64,000 bases of DNA. Source: an uncultured Acidimicrobiia bacterium. Lineage in GTDB: Bacteria; Actinomycetota; Acidimicrobiia; Spongiisociales; JAENVV01. The stretch covers positions 4-64,003 of the forward strand of contig CAZTLW010000001.1 in the NCBI GenBank assembly GCA_964614585.1, read 5' to 3'. Below the pieces are notes generated by a model. That model was given only the letters and a program-made list of their open reading frames with translations, did no database searches and had not been told where the DNA came from. The translations under genes were made by a program, and so were the position numbers. Of this stretch, positions 28,281 to 37,456 are shown in pieces (position 1 is the stretch's first letter; the number at the start of each line of letters is the position of its first letter).

Positions 28281-29615
28281 TCAGCGGTCGCGGTGGCGCT
28301 TCGTGACGCGGTCGACGTCCGAGAGCCGCTTGGCCACCTCCGCTTCGGCACCTTGGTCCGTCGGGTGGTACAGGGTCGCCTCCCCGATCTCGTCGGGGAA
28401 GTACGGCTGGGCGACGACGTGGCCGGCGTGGTCGTGGGGGTACCGATACCCCTCGCCATGGCCGAGGGCGGCGGCACCCCGGTAGTGGGCGTCGCGCAGG
28501 TGCATCGGCACCGACACGCGGCTCTGCTCCCCCACCAACCGGCGGGCCTCGCCCATGGCCCGGGTGACGCTGTTCGACTTGGGGGCGGTGGCGAGGGCGA
28601 CGGCGGCGTGGGAGAGCGCATACGAGGCCTCGGGGAGCCCCACGTAGGCGAGGGCGTCGGCGGCGGCCACCGCCAGCGGCAAGGCGGTGGGGTCGGCCAT
28701 CCCGACGTCCTCGGACGCGAAGATCACCATCCGGCGGGCGATGAACTCCGGGTCCTCCCCCGCCTCGAGCATGGTGTGGAGCCAGTACAGGGCAGCATCG
28801 GGATCCGTGCCCCGGAGGCTCTTGATGAACGCCGAGATCACGTCGTAGTGGGCGTCGCCCGCCTTGTCGTAGCGGATGACCCGACGTTGGAGGGCCTCCT
28901 CGACGTCGGTCACCTCGATCCGATCGGCGCCCCGGCCCGCCGCCACGATGGCGGCGGTCTCCAGTGCGTTGAGGGCGAGGCGGGCATCGCCTCCTGAGCG
29001 GTCGGCGAGGCCATCGCGGGCATCGTCCTCGAGACCGAGCCCGTCCCGGGCCAGACCCTCGGGGTCGGTGGCGGCCCGCTCCAACAGGATGGCGACGTCC
29101 TCGGTCGACAACGGTTCGAGCCGGAACAGGGTAAGACGACTGAGCAGGGGCGCGTTGACCTCGAAGAACGGGTTCTCGGTCGTCGCACCCACCAGCACGA
29201 CGGTGCCGTCCTCCACCCCAGGGAGGAGGGCGTCCTGTTGGTTGCGGCTGAACCGGTGGATCTCGTCGAGGAACAGCACGGTTCTCCGGCTGTCGTCCTC
29301 CAGTCGGCGGCGGGCGGCGGCAAGTGTCTCGCGCACCTCCTTCACCCCGGCCGTGACCGCCGAGAGTTGGTCGAAGCGGGCATCGGTCTCGGCCGCCATC
29401 GCCCGGGCGATGGTCGTCTTGCCCGTCCCCGGGGGCCCCCACAGCAACACCGAGACCAGCCGGCCGCTCCCCACCATCGCCCGAAACGCCGAACCCTCGG
29501 CGAGGAGATGACGCTGGCCGACGACCTCGGTGAGCCGCTCCGGCCGCATGCGGGCCGCCAGGGGGGCGGCGGCCTGGCGCCGCTCGGCCCGCTGCTCGGA
29601 GAAGAGGTCGTCCAT
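28281..29615 (-). CDS. rarA: replication-associated recombination protein A (RarA/MgsA, AAA+ ATPase)
   Basis: 444 aa, LLWGPPGTGKTT Walker A, DEIHRFS, MgsA C-terminal domain. Confidence 0.88.
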   Translation of the reverse strand: MDDLFSEQRAERRQAAAPLAARMRPERLTEVVGQRHLLAEGSAFRAMVGSGRLVSVLLWGPPGTGKTTIARAMAAETDARFDQLSAVTAGVKEVRETLAAARRRLEDDSRRTVLFLDEIHRFSRNQQDALLPGVEDGTVVLVGATTENPFFEVNAPLLSRLTLFRLEPLSTEDVAILLERAATDPEGLARDGLGLEDDARDGLADRSGGDARLALNALETAAIVAAGRGADRIEVTDVEEALQRRVIRYDKAGDAHYDVISAFIKSLRGTDPDAALYWLHTMLEAGEDPEFIARRMVIFASEDVGMADPTALPLAVAAADALAYVGLPEASYALSHAAVALATAPKSNSVTRAMGEARRLVGEQSRVSVPMHLRDAHYRGAAALGHGEGYRYPHDHAGHVVAQPYFPDEIGEATLYHPTDQGAEAEVAKRLSDVDRVTKRHRDR

Positions 29616-29640
29616 GCTCTCAGTACTCAGTACCGAGTCC

Positions 29641-31410
29641 TCAGTACTGAGACGACTCCTCCAACGCCGCTCGTGTCTCCGGGCGCAGATCCAGGCCCAA
29701 CTCGATCAGTTGGGCCTCCTCGACCGGGGTCGGGGAGCCGGTGAGGGGGTCGACGCCACGCTGGGTCTTGGGGAAGGGGATGACCTCGCGGATCGAGTCG
29801 GCGCCCACGAGGATGGCCACGAACCGGTCCAGGCCGACTGCGAAGCCGGCGTGGGGTGGCGTGCCGTACCGCAGGGCCCGCAGGAACCAGCCGAAGCGCC
29901 GTTCGGCCTCCTCGGCCGAGATGCCCAGCACCTCGAAGACCGTGGACTGCACGGCGGGGTCGTGGATCCGCACGGAACCCGACCCGAGTTCGGAGCCGTT
30001 GAGGACGAGGTCATAGGCCTGGGCGATCGCCTCGGCGGGTCGCTCGGTGAGGTCGGCGACCGACTTCGGGGCGGTGAACGGGTGATGGGCCGGCACCAGA
30101 CCCTCGTCGGTCTGCTCGAACACCGGGAAGTCGACCACCCACAGGAAGGCGAGTTCCCCTGGGTCCTCGGGGGTCCCCAGATGGGCCCGGAGGGCGCCGA
30201 GGGCCTCGACGGTGGTCCGCCACGGCCCGGCCACCAGCAGCAGGGTGTCGCCCTCGACCGCCCTGAATGCGTCGATGAGCCCGGCGACCTCGGCCTCGGA
30301 GAGGAACTTGGCGACCGGGGAGCGGAGGGTGCCGTCCGCTTCGACGACGGCCCACACGAGGCCGGCGGCGCCGTGGGCCCGGGCCCGGTCGGTGAGGTCG
30401 TCGAACCCGGCTCGGGAGAGCCCGAGCTGCCCGGCGTTGATCCCGCGGACGATGCCGCCCGCCTCGAGGGCGCCGCCGAAGCCCCGGAAGCCCGTGTGGG
30501 CGAAGACGGCCGAGACGTCGACCAACTCCAGGCCGAAGCGGGTGTCGGGCTTGTCGATCCCGTAGCGGTCCATGGTTTCCCGCCACGTCAGCGTCGGGAA
30601 GGGGGCCGGGGGTGGGGTGCCCCGTACCGCCTCGGTGGCGGCGACGATGGCCGCCTCGATGGCGGCCCGCACGTCCGCCTCGCCCCAGAACGCACCCTCG
30701 AGATCGAGCTGGGTGAACTCCAGCTGGCGGTCGGCCCGGAAGTCCTCGTCCCGGTAGCAGCGGGCGAACTGGAAGTACCGGTCGATCCCGCCGACCATGA
30801 GCAGCTGCTTGAAGATCTGGGGGCTCTGGGGCAGGGCGTAGAACGAGCCCTGGCGGAGCCGGGACGGCACGAGCATGTCCCGGGCGCCTTCGGGAGTGGA
30901 GGCGATGAGCGTCGGGGTCTCCACCTCGAGGAAGTCCCGCTCCACGAGCGCGGAGCGCATGGCGGCGGTGGCATGCGACCTGGCGCGCAGGTTGGCGGCC
31001 ATCCGGTCGCGGCGGAAGTCGAGGTAGCGGTACTGGAGTCGGGTGAGCTCGTCGACGTCGAATCGGTCGTCGACCATGAACGGCAACGGGTCGGCGGCGG
31101 ACAGCACCTCGACGTCCGTGGCGTGGACCTCGACGGTGCCCGTGGCCAACTCGGGGTTCTCGGTGCCGGGCGGGCGGGGCTGCTTGGTGCCCACCACCCG
31201 GACGCAGTACTCCATCTTCAGTTCGTCCACGCCGGGGATCGCGGCGGGATCGGCCACGACCTGCACCTTGCCGCTGGCATCGCGGAGGTCGAAGAAGACG
31301 ACGCCGCCCATGTCCCGGGTGCGGGCCACCCAGCCGCCGAGTACGACCTCGGTGTCGTCGGCCGCCTCGGGCACGTCACCGGCGTAGTGGGTTCTCAGCT
31401 GCGCAGCCAT
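29641..31410 (-). CDS. aspS: aspartate--tRNA ligase AspS
   Basis: MAAQLRTHYAGDV...FYALPQSPQ...class II motifs...GLDR. ATG at 31410-31408; the 26-aa upstream extension was rejected. Overlaps the hisS 3' end by ~16 nt. Confidence 0.88.
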   Translation of the reverse strand: MAAQLRTHYAGDVPEAADDTEVVLGGWVARTRDMGGVVFFDLRDASGKVQVVADPAAIPGVDELKMEYCVRVVGTKQPRPPGTENPELATGTVEVHATDVEVLSAADPLPFMVDDRFDVDELTRLQYRYLDFRRDRMAANLRARSHATAAMRSALVERDFLEVETPTLIASTPEGARDMLVPSRLRQGSFYALPQSPQIFKQLLMVGGIDRYFQFARCYRDEDFRADRQLEFTQLDLEGAFWGEADVRAAIEAAIVAATEAVRGTPPPAPFPTLTWRETMDRYGIDKPDTRFGLELVDVSAVFAHTGFRGFGGALEAGGIVRGINAGQLGLSRAGFDDLTDRARAHGAAGLVWAVVEADGTLRSPVAKFLSEAEVAGLIDAFRAVEGDTLLLVAGPWRTTVEALGALRAHLGTPEDPGELAFLWVVDFPVFEQTDEGLVPAHHPFTAPKSVADLTERPAEAIAQAYDLVLNGSELGSGSVRIHDPAVQSTVFEVLGISAEEAERRFGWFLRALRYGTPPHAGFAVGLDRFVAILVGADSIREVIPFPKTQRGVDPLTGSPTPVEEAQLIELGLDLRPETRAALEESSQY

Positions 31411-32621
31411 GTGGCCACCTCCAGGCGATCGATGTCGGATTCGGTGCCGTCGGCCATGCGTCGGGCCCGCACGATCCCGGCGTCCCATTCGTCACCCACC
31501 ACGAGCGTCACCGGGGCGCCCGACCGGTCGGCGGCCTTGAACTGGGCCTTGACCGAGCGTCCGGGGTCGGTGGCGTCGACGCGCAGGCCGTCGCGGCGGA
31601 GCTCGGAGAGCAACCGGGCCGACTCGGTGGCCCGCTCCCCCGCCGTCACGACGAAGGCGTCGAGGTCGGCAGGCGGGGTCTCGTCCCCGAGCGCCAGGAT
31701 GATCCGGTCGACGCCCATGGCGAGGCCGACGCCCGGCACCCGGCGCCCACCGATCTCCTCGGCGAGGCCGTCGTAGCGGCCACCACCACCGAGGGCCACC
31801 TGGGCGATGTCGAGCGACCCGCCGACGTATTCGAAGGCAGTGCGGGTGTAGTAGTCGAGGCCGCGGACGAGCCGCGGGTCGTCCTCCCAGGGCACACCAA
31901 CGGCGTCGAGTCGGGCCTTCACCACCTCGTAGGCGGCGGCGGCGTCGGCGCCGAGACGGTCCCGGGGCGTGGGTGCGTCCACGAGGAGCGGGGCGCACGT
32001 CTTGCAGTCCAGCACCCGCATCGGGTTGACCACCAGGGTCTCTCGGGAGTCGGCGCAGAGGTCGTCGACACGGTCCTCGAGCCACGACCGGAGCTCGGCC
32101 ACGTAGGCGGGTCGGTCGCCGGGGTCGCCGAGGGAGTTGAGCTGGACGACCACGTCGGGGACGCCGAGGTCGACGAGGAAGCGGTAGCCGAGCTCGATGA
32201 CGTCGGCGTCGGCCTCGGGCCGCTCGGTGGCGAGGTGCTCGACGCCGACCTGCCAGAACTGGCGGCGGCGGCCGGCCTGGGGCCGCTCGTAGCGGAACAT
32301 GGCGCCGCCGTAGGCGACCTTCAGCTCGCCCTGCAGGCCGGCGTTGAGGTAGGCGCGCACGACACCGGCGGTGCCCTCGGGGCGGAGTGTGACGGACCGC
32401 CCACCGAGGTCGGTGAACGTGTACATCTGCTTGCGGACGATCTCGGTGCTCTCGCCCACCCCGCGCTCGAACAACTCGGTCGCCTCGAAGAGCGGGGTCA
32501 TGGCCAGTTCGTACCCGAACCGCTCGGCCCAGTCGTCCCAGACGCGCAGGACGCGCCGCCAGGTCCGGGAGGCGGGCGGGAGGATGTCGTCGGTGCCCTT
32601 GGGCGGGCGCAGAGAGGCCAC
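31395..32621 (-). CDS. hisS: histidine--tRNA ligase HisS
   Basis: 408 aa, ...RPEGTAGVVRAY...MFRYERPQAGRRRQFWQ...GGGRYDGL. Confidence 0.9.
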   Translation of the reverse strand: MASLRPPKGTDDILPPASRTWRRVLRVWDDWAERFGYELAMTPLFEATELFERGVGESTEIVRKQMYTFTDLGGRSVTLRPEGTAGVVRAYLNAGLQGELKVAYGGAMFRYERPQAGRRRQFWQVGVEHLATERPEADADVIELGYRFLVDLGVPDVVVQLNSLGDPGDRPAYVAELRSWLEDRVDDLCADSRETLVVNPMRVLDCKTCAPLLVDAPTPRDRLGADAAAAYEVVKARLDAVGVPWEDDPRLVRGLDYYTRTAFEYVGGSLDIAQVALGGGGRYDGLAEEIGGRRVPGVGLAMGVDRIILALGDETPPADLDAFVVTAGERATESARLLSELRRDGLRVDATDPGRSVKAQFKAADRSGAPVTLVVGDEWDAGIVRARRMADGTESDIDRLEVATWLRS

Positions 32622-32664
32622 GGGGGCGGCATGGTACCGGCGCTCCCGCCCCCACCCACACCCG

Positions 32665-32752
32665 AACCGTCAACCCTGGGTTGTGAGCGTCGACAGCGGG
32701 TGGACCGAGGGCCGTGAGCGTCGGAATCCGACGCCCACAACCCAGGGTTGGA
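32665..32752. repeat. intergenic palindromic repeat element, family 1 copy B (inverted orientation relative to copy A)
   Basis: caaccctgggttgtgagcgtcg ... gagggccgtgagcgtcggaatccgacgcccacaacccagggttgg. Reverse complement aligns with 5709-5758 of copy A. Confidence 0.8.
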
Positions 32753-33403
32753 TCAGGTCCAGAGGTCGCGGAACGGGTTGGTGCGGCGCTCGCGGCCGAT
32801 CGTGGTCTCCGGACCGTGGCCGGTGAGGACTCGCACGTCGTCGTCGAGCGACATCACCTCGTTGGCCATCGACGCTGCCAACTGTGGGAGCGAACCACCG
32901 GGCAGGTCGGTGCGACCGATCGACCCGGCGAACAACTGGTCCCCCGAGCAGAGGACGCCCTCGTCGGCGAACAGGAACACGCAATGGCCGGGCGTATGGC
33001 CCGGCGTGTGCCGCACCTCGACGGACAGCCCTGCCACCTCCAGCAGCTGACCGTGGACGAGCTCATGTCGCTCGGTCGGAGCCTCGTAGGAACCCGGCGG
33101 CACCATCCCGAACAGGCCCCGCAGTTGATCGGCCGGATGCAGGGTGAGGAAGTCGTCGGCCGGATGGACGAACGTGGTCATCGTGGGATGGGAGGCCGCC
33201 AGGCCTCCCGAACCGCCCATGTGGTCGACATGCCCGTGGGTGAGTAGCAATGCCTCCGGCCACAGGTCATGGTGGGCCAACAGGGTGTCGATCCCCTCGG
33301 GGTCCGGCGGAGCATCGACCACCAAGCAGGGGCCACTTCGCTCGGGAGCGAGGACCCACGTGTTGGTGGCGGCGAACCAGAGGACGCGATGGTCGACGAT
33401 CAC
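32753..33403 (-). CDS. MBL-fold metallo-hydrolase (hydroxyacylglutathione hydrolase / GloB-like)
   Basis: 216 aa, THGHVDHMGG (HxHxDH motif) ...TPGHTPGH... Confidence 0.8.
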   Translation of the reverse strand: MIVDHRVLWFAATNTWVLAPERSGPCLVVDAPPDPEGIDTLLAHHDLWPEALLLTHGHVDHMGGSGGLAASHPTMTTFVHPADDFLTLHPADQLRGLFGMVPPGSYEAPTERHELVHGQLLEVAGLSVEVRHTPGHTPGHCVFLFADEGVLCSGDQLFAGSIGRTDLPGGSLPQLAASMANEVMSLDDDVRVLTGHGPETTIGRERRTNPFRDLWT

Positions 33404-33424
33404 TCCCGCGAGGCTAGGGACCGC

Positions 33425-35125
33425 TCAGGGGATGGTGGTCGTCGTCACCACTCCCTCGATCCGACCCCACGGCGGGAGTGGGTCCTCCTGCCAGTCCTCG
33501 TAGCGCCACTGGTCGACCAGCAGCGGCCAGAAGGGCGGACGGAGGAAGGCGAGGCGGTCGTCGAACTGGTAGTTGCGGACCGAGAACAGGGCGGAGCCCG
33601 ACATCGCCGACGTGCTCCGCGACGCCCGCGATCCGTGGAAGTCGAGCACCGAGTTGGGCGGGGTCACGCCGTTGCCGCTGTTGCGCCCGCAGGCCCGGGA
33701 GGTGAAGTTGGAGTTGGGGGACTGGCCGAGCCAGGCGACCCAGGTCTCGAGTTCCCGGTCGACCGTCGAGATCGCATACGGGTTGATGGCGATCGACTCC
33801 GAAGCCGCCAACCCGAGGACGTCGGTGAACCCGGTCTCGTTGCTCAGGAGGATGTCGGCGTTGATCGTGATGTTCTTCGAGTCGGCCGACGAACCGGCGT
33901 AGACCGTGAGCCCGCCCTTCATGACGATCTCCTTGAATCCGTCGCCGTTGGAGTCGGTGGCCGACGGGAACCCCCGGTAGCCCATGACGACCGCCTCGTT
34001 GGCCCACACCACCCCGGCGTCGGGGTACTCGACGTCGTCCCACAGGGTCCAGAGGTCGCTGAACGCGCCGGCAGGGGCCGGCGTCGTCGATCCGTTGCGG
34101 CCCTCCTCGGGCAGCGCCGGCTCGGGGTTGAGGATCCACCACTCGTCGCTGTTCAGACAGGAGTTGGTGGGCGGGTTGACCGTCGACTTCCAGATCGCGA
34201 TCCGACCGATGCCGGCGGAGACGTACGGATGGAGCATCCAGGCGGTGGCGTCGGCATCGTCGAGGCAGATGCCGGCCCCGGCGTCACAGGCAACCCCCCG
34301 GATGAGGTCGAGGTCGTCCCAGAAGTTGTTGAAGTCGAGCGGCTCGGGGAACACTTCGCGGATGTCCTCGTGCTCGCCCCGCCCGTCGTACAACACGGCG
34401 TCGTCGCGGACGATCGGCTCGCTGAAGATCTGATCCTCGGCGTAGATGTTGTAGAAGGTCTCGTTGTCCGAGGCGAAGTCGAGGTCGTCCCCGGAATAGA
34501 CGGGACCGTTGAGGATGGCGCCGGACCCGAAGGAGATGTCGCCTTCGGCCACCCGGGCGAACTCCGACAGGGCGGTGGCCCGCACCGACGCCGAGATGGC
34601 CCGACGGTTCACCGAGTCACCGCGCCGGCCGACCACGGTCACCCGCACGGGCTCGCCGTCACCCGGGGGCGCGACCTCCATCATCACGGCCGCGTCCTTG
34701 GATCCGAGGGTGGCGGGGTCGCCGTCCTGGTCGAAGAGCGGGTGCACCCACCAGTCGGGTCGGCCGTCGCCATCGCCGTCGGGAGGATCGACGTAGTCCC
34801 ACGTCCCACACGAGTCGTCCCAGTCCGAGCCGGGGTCGAATGAAACGCCCAGCGAGACGGACGAAACATCGGTGCAGACCCGGGTGCGCTCGGCCTCGTC
34901 CACTCGGTGGAAGTAGTAGGCGGGATCGAGGGTCAGCTTGGTGGCGTAGCGCTCGAGCATGGCCTCCGTCGCCGCGAGGGTGACGTCCTCCTGCTCCTGG
35001 AACGACGCCTGGCGCACCTCGCGCACCGACAACTGGGCGAGGAGCACGGAGAAGCCCATGATGACGGTGCCGATGAGAATGGCGGTGATGAGGGCGGTCC
35101 CCTCGTCGCGACGGAGGTCACGCAT
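33425..35125 (-). CDS. large PilX-like / TadG-like putative minor pilin or pilus-associated protein
   Basis: 566 aa. N-terminus MRDLRRDEGTALITAILIGTVIMGFSVLLAQL resembles PilX_N/TadG N-terminal hydrophobic segments. Large Trp/Asp-rich extracellular region. Confidence 0.55.
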   Translation of the reverse strand: MRDLRRDEGTALITAILIGTVIMGFSVLLAQLSVREVRQASFQEQEDVTLAATEAMLERYATKLTLDPAYYFHRVDEAERTRVCTDVSSVSLGVSFDPGSDWDDSCGTWDYVDPPDGDGDGRPDWWVHPLFDQDGDPATLGSKDAAVMMEVAPPGDGEPVRVTVVGRRGDSVNRRAISASVRATALSEFARVAEGDISFGSGAILNGPVYSGDDLDFASDNETFYNIYAEDQIFSEPIVRDDAVLYDGRGEHEDIREVFPEPLDFNNFWDDLDLIRGVACDAGAGICLDDADATAWMLHPYVSAGIGRIAIWKSTVNPPTNSCLNSDEWWILNPEPALPEEGRNGSTTPAPAGAFSDLWTLWDDVEYPDAGVVWANEAVVMGYRGFPSATDSNGDGFKEIVMKGGLTVYAGSSADSKNITINADILLSNETGFTDVLGLAASESIAINPYAISTVDRELETWVAWLGQSPNSNFTSRACGRNSGNGVTPPNSVLDFHGSRASRSTSAMSGSALFSVRNYQFDDRLAFLRPPFWPLLVDQWRYEDWQEDPLPPWGRIEGVVTTTTIP

Positions 35126-35762
35126 TGCGAAGCCTCACTTCCTCGAGGATCCGGAGGGTGCCTGGGTTCGCCCGGGTGCGCAGCGGTTGGACCCGCAGGT
35201 CGATGGTGATGGCGCCGACGTCACATGACGTGCAGGTGTCGACCGTCGTACGAGTCGAGGAAGCAGAGTCCCAGTCGACGCCCTCGAAGAGCGGCTCGGC
35301 GTCGCTGGCGACGACACCCTCGAGGAGGGTCCGGGCAGGGAGGGCGTCGTCGTCGTCGTAGCTCAACACCGCGGCGGCGGGGTCGACCGGTGGGGTGACG
35401 ACCAAGCGCAGATCACAGAACTGGCCATCGCAGTTGACGAGGTCATAGCGGATGCGGTCCGGCACGCCGTCGCTCGGGGCGACGTCGGCGAACACCGTCA
35501 TCCCGTCCCAGTCGAGATCCACGACCAGGTCGCCCGACCCCGGGTCGGAGGCCTCCCGAAGGTGGATGAGCATCTCGCGCAGGACCACCCGGCTGTCGGA
35601 CTCGGCCTCCGACAGGGCGATCTGGCCCTGCGTGTGGCGGAGGAAGCCCCAGATGATGCCGAACGCGATCGCCAGGGCGGCGGTGGTGACCACCGACGCA
35701 ACGAACGCCTCCATGAGGGTGGTGCCCCGCTCGTCGGCGTGGATGCGGCGGATCAAGGACAT
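35118..35762 (-). CDS. PilW-like putative minor pilin (degenerate prepilin N-terminus)
   Basis: MSLIRRIHADERG|TTLMEAFVASVVTTAALAIAFGII. ATG at 35762-35760; the 84-aa Arg/Gly-rich N-terminal extension of ORF 35118..36014 was rejected. Overlaps the neighbouring start by 8 nt. Confidence 0.5.
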   Translation of the reverse strand: MSLIRRIHADERGTTLMEAFVASVVTTAALAIAFGIIWGFLRHTQGQIALSEAESDSRVVLREMLIHLREASDPGSGDLVVDLDWDGMTVFADVAPSDGVPDRIRYDLVNCDGQFCDLRLVVTPPVDPAAAVLSYDDDDALPARTLLEGVVASDAEPLFEGVDWDSASSTRTTVDTCTSCDVGAITIDLRVQPLRTRANPGTLRILEEVRLRNA

Positions 35763-37372
35763 GAGCTCACCCCCGCAGCATCCGAGTAGCGCCACTCGCC
35801 GAGGGAGACGTAGTTCGCCACCGGGCCCCCGACCCGCACCTCGTTGCACCACCATTCGACTCGCTGGGACACGTACGGTGGGGCGACCCAGGTGTGGTGC
35901 CCGAAGGCATCCGGCTTCGGGTCGATGACGAGGGTGTCTGGCTCCCCGCTGACGTACGTCCGCCACTCGAGGTCGCCCTTGTCGTCGATGTTGTACAGCG
36001 TCCAGTGGCCCCACCCGGCCGGGGGCTCCAGCGTCAGGGCGGTCGGCAGGTCCTCGACGAGCTCCGTGAACGTCTGGGGCACGAGCCCGTTGGTGGGGTC
36101 GACGATCATCTGCACCGGATCGGTCGTGACGGGCAGGTCGATGTCAAGCTTCCCCTCGCCGTCGGCGGTGCCGAACAGGTCGATGCCCGTGCCGAGGAAT
36201 CGAACCTCCACCCAGGGGGCGGGTTGGCCGTCGCGGAGCGTCAGCACGAGCTCGTAGGGGACCGTGGTCGCCTCGGCGAGGGTGAAGTCGACACTCGCCA
36301 CCGTCCCGACCTCGACCTGCTGCGTCTGGCTCTCCTTGCCCGGTGCCGAGGCGGTGATCGAGTACTCGCCGGCGGTGAGCGGCACCCCGGCGTCGAGGGT
36401 GTTGATGTCCACCGTGCCGCCGGTGACCGTGACCGGATACGTGGCGGCCCCGTCATCGACCTCGAGCACGGCGTCGATCGGCGTCGCCGTGTCGTCGAAG
36501 ACGTTGACGGTCAACTGCTCGGCCTTGGTGAGCGTGAGGCTGATCGTGGCGGTGGCGGTCGGCGCCACGTGCGCCCGGTCGGCACCGGACGTCAGGTCGG
36601 CGGGCACGATCATCCAACCGCTGAGGGCGTCGACCGTGTCGCAGGCGGCACCGATCCTGGCCGTGTACCAGTAGTCGGGGAAGGCGGCATCGTCGTTGTT
36701 GGGATCGACGCCGATGAAGACCGACTCGCCGACCGCATCGGGGGTGGCGGTGAACGTGTCGGTGCCGTCGGTCAGACAGACCTGCGGCAGCGGGGTGGTG
36801 TCGGAGGCGAGGATGGCCGACTTCACGAGCTGGACGCGCACGTTGGACAAGCCCTCGTTGGCGGCGATGTCGGGTGGGGCGACGATGGTCTCGAACACCG
36901 TCGGCGAGAGGAGGCGACCGTTGTCGTCGGTGACCGTGATCTCGACGCGCTTGTAGTCGATGCCCGAGTCGTACGACAGCGGGGTGCCGTCACCGGACGG
37001 CGTGGCCCCACCGGGGTCGATGACGTCGAGGCCCGTGGCAGAACCCTCGTAGGTCACCGAGTAGTTGACCGTGAAGTCCCGGCCGTCGATCGAGACGGTG
37101 TCGGTGCTCGGGAACACCCCCAGGGGGACCCCGGCGGTGGTACCCACGTCGTCGTAGTCGACGAGCCGGACCTCCTCGATGAGGGCCTGGCCGAGGTTGG
37201 AGGCCATCGCCTCCACGCGCGCCCGGGAGAGCGAGTTGAGCGACGAGGCGAGCACGGCGGCGCCGAGGGTGAAGATGACGGCGAGCATGGCCAACGCCAC
37301 CATCGATTCGATGATGGAGAAGCCGTCGTCATCCCGGGCCAGCTTCGTGGACGCGCCTCGGTCCACACACAC
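35753..37372 (-). CDS. large PilV-like putative minor pilin with prepilin-type N-terminal cleavage/methylation motif
   Basis: 539 aa. ...KLARDDDG|FSIIESMVALAMLAVIFTLGAAVL: G-FS(I/M)IE motif typical of PilV. Start is GTG (ggaggtgtgtgtgg), exact start codon uncertain. Confidence 0.6.
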   Translation of the reverse strand: MCVDRGASTKLARDDDGFSIIESMVALAMLAVIFTLGAAVLASSLNSLSRARVEAMASNLGQALIEEVRLVDYDDVGTTAGVPLGVFPSTDTVSIDGRDFTVNYSVTYEGSATGLDVIDPGGATPSGDGTPLSYDSGIDYKRVEITVTDDNGRLLSPTVFETIVAPPDIAANEGLSNVRVQLVKSAILASDTTPLPQVCLTDGTDTFTATPDAVGESVFIGVDPNNDDAAFPDYWYTARIGAACDTVDALSGWMIVPADLTSGADRAHVAPTATATISLTLTKAEQLTVNVFDDTATPIDAVLEVDDGAATYPVTVTGGTVDINTLDAGVPLTAGEYSITASAPGKESQTQQVEVGTVASVDFTLAEATTVPYELVLTLRDGQPAPWVEVRFLGTGIDLFGTADGEGKLDIDLPVTTDPVQMIVDPTNGLVPQTFTELVEDLPTALTLEPPAGWGHWTLYNIDDKGDLEWRTYVSGEPDTLVIDPKPDAFGHHTWVAPPYVSQRVEWWCNEVRVGGPVANYVSLGEWRYSDAAGVSSCP

Positions 37373-37456
37373 CTCCGTGTCCTTGTGGTGCGTGTCGGAG
37401 GAATCGAACGCCGACTTGAGAGGTTTCTGCGCGAATCCCTCGCGGCTCCGGGCCGG

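Noticed and set aside
25588-29442. 1284-aa ORF read as a single protein
   Set aside because: Only the 3' 872 codons (from MDSNQIRRAF) are AlaS. The upstream 410 codons are an in-frame artefact overlapping rarA in another frame.
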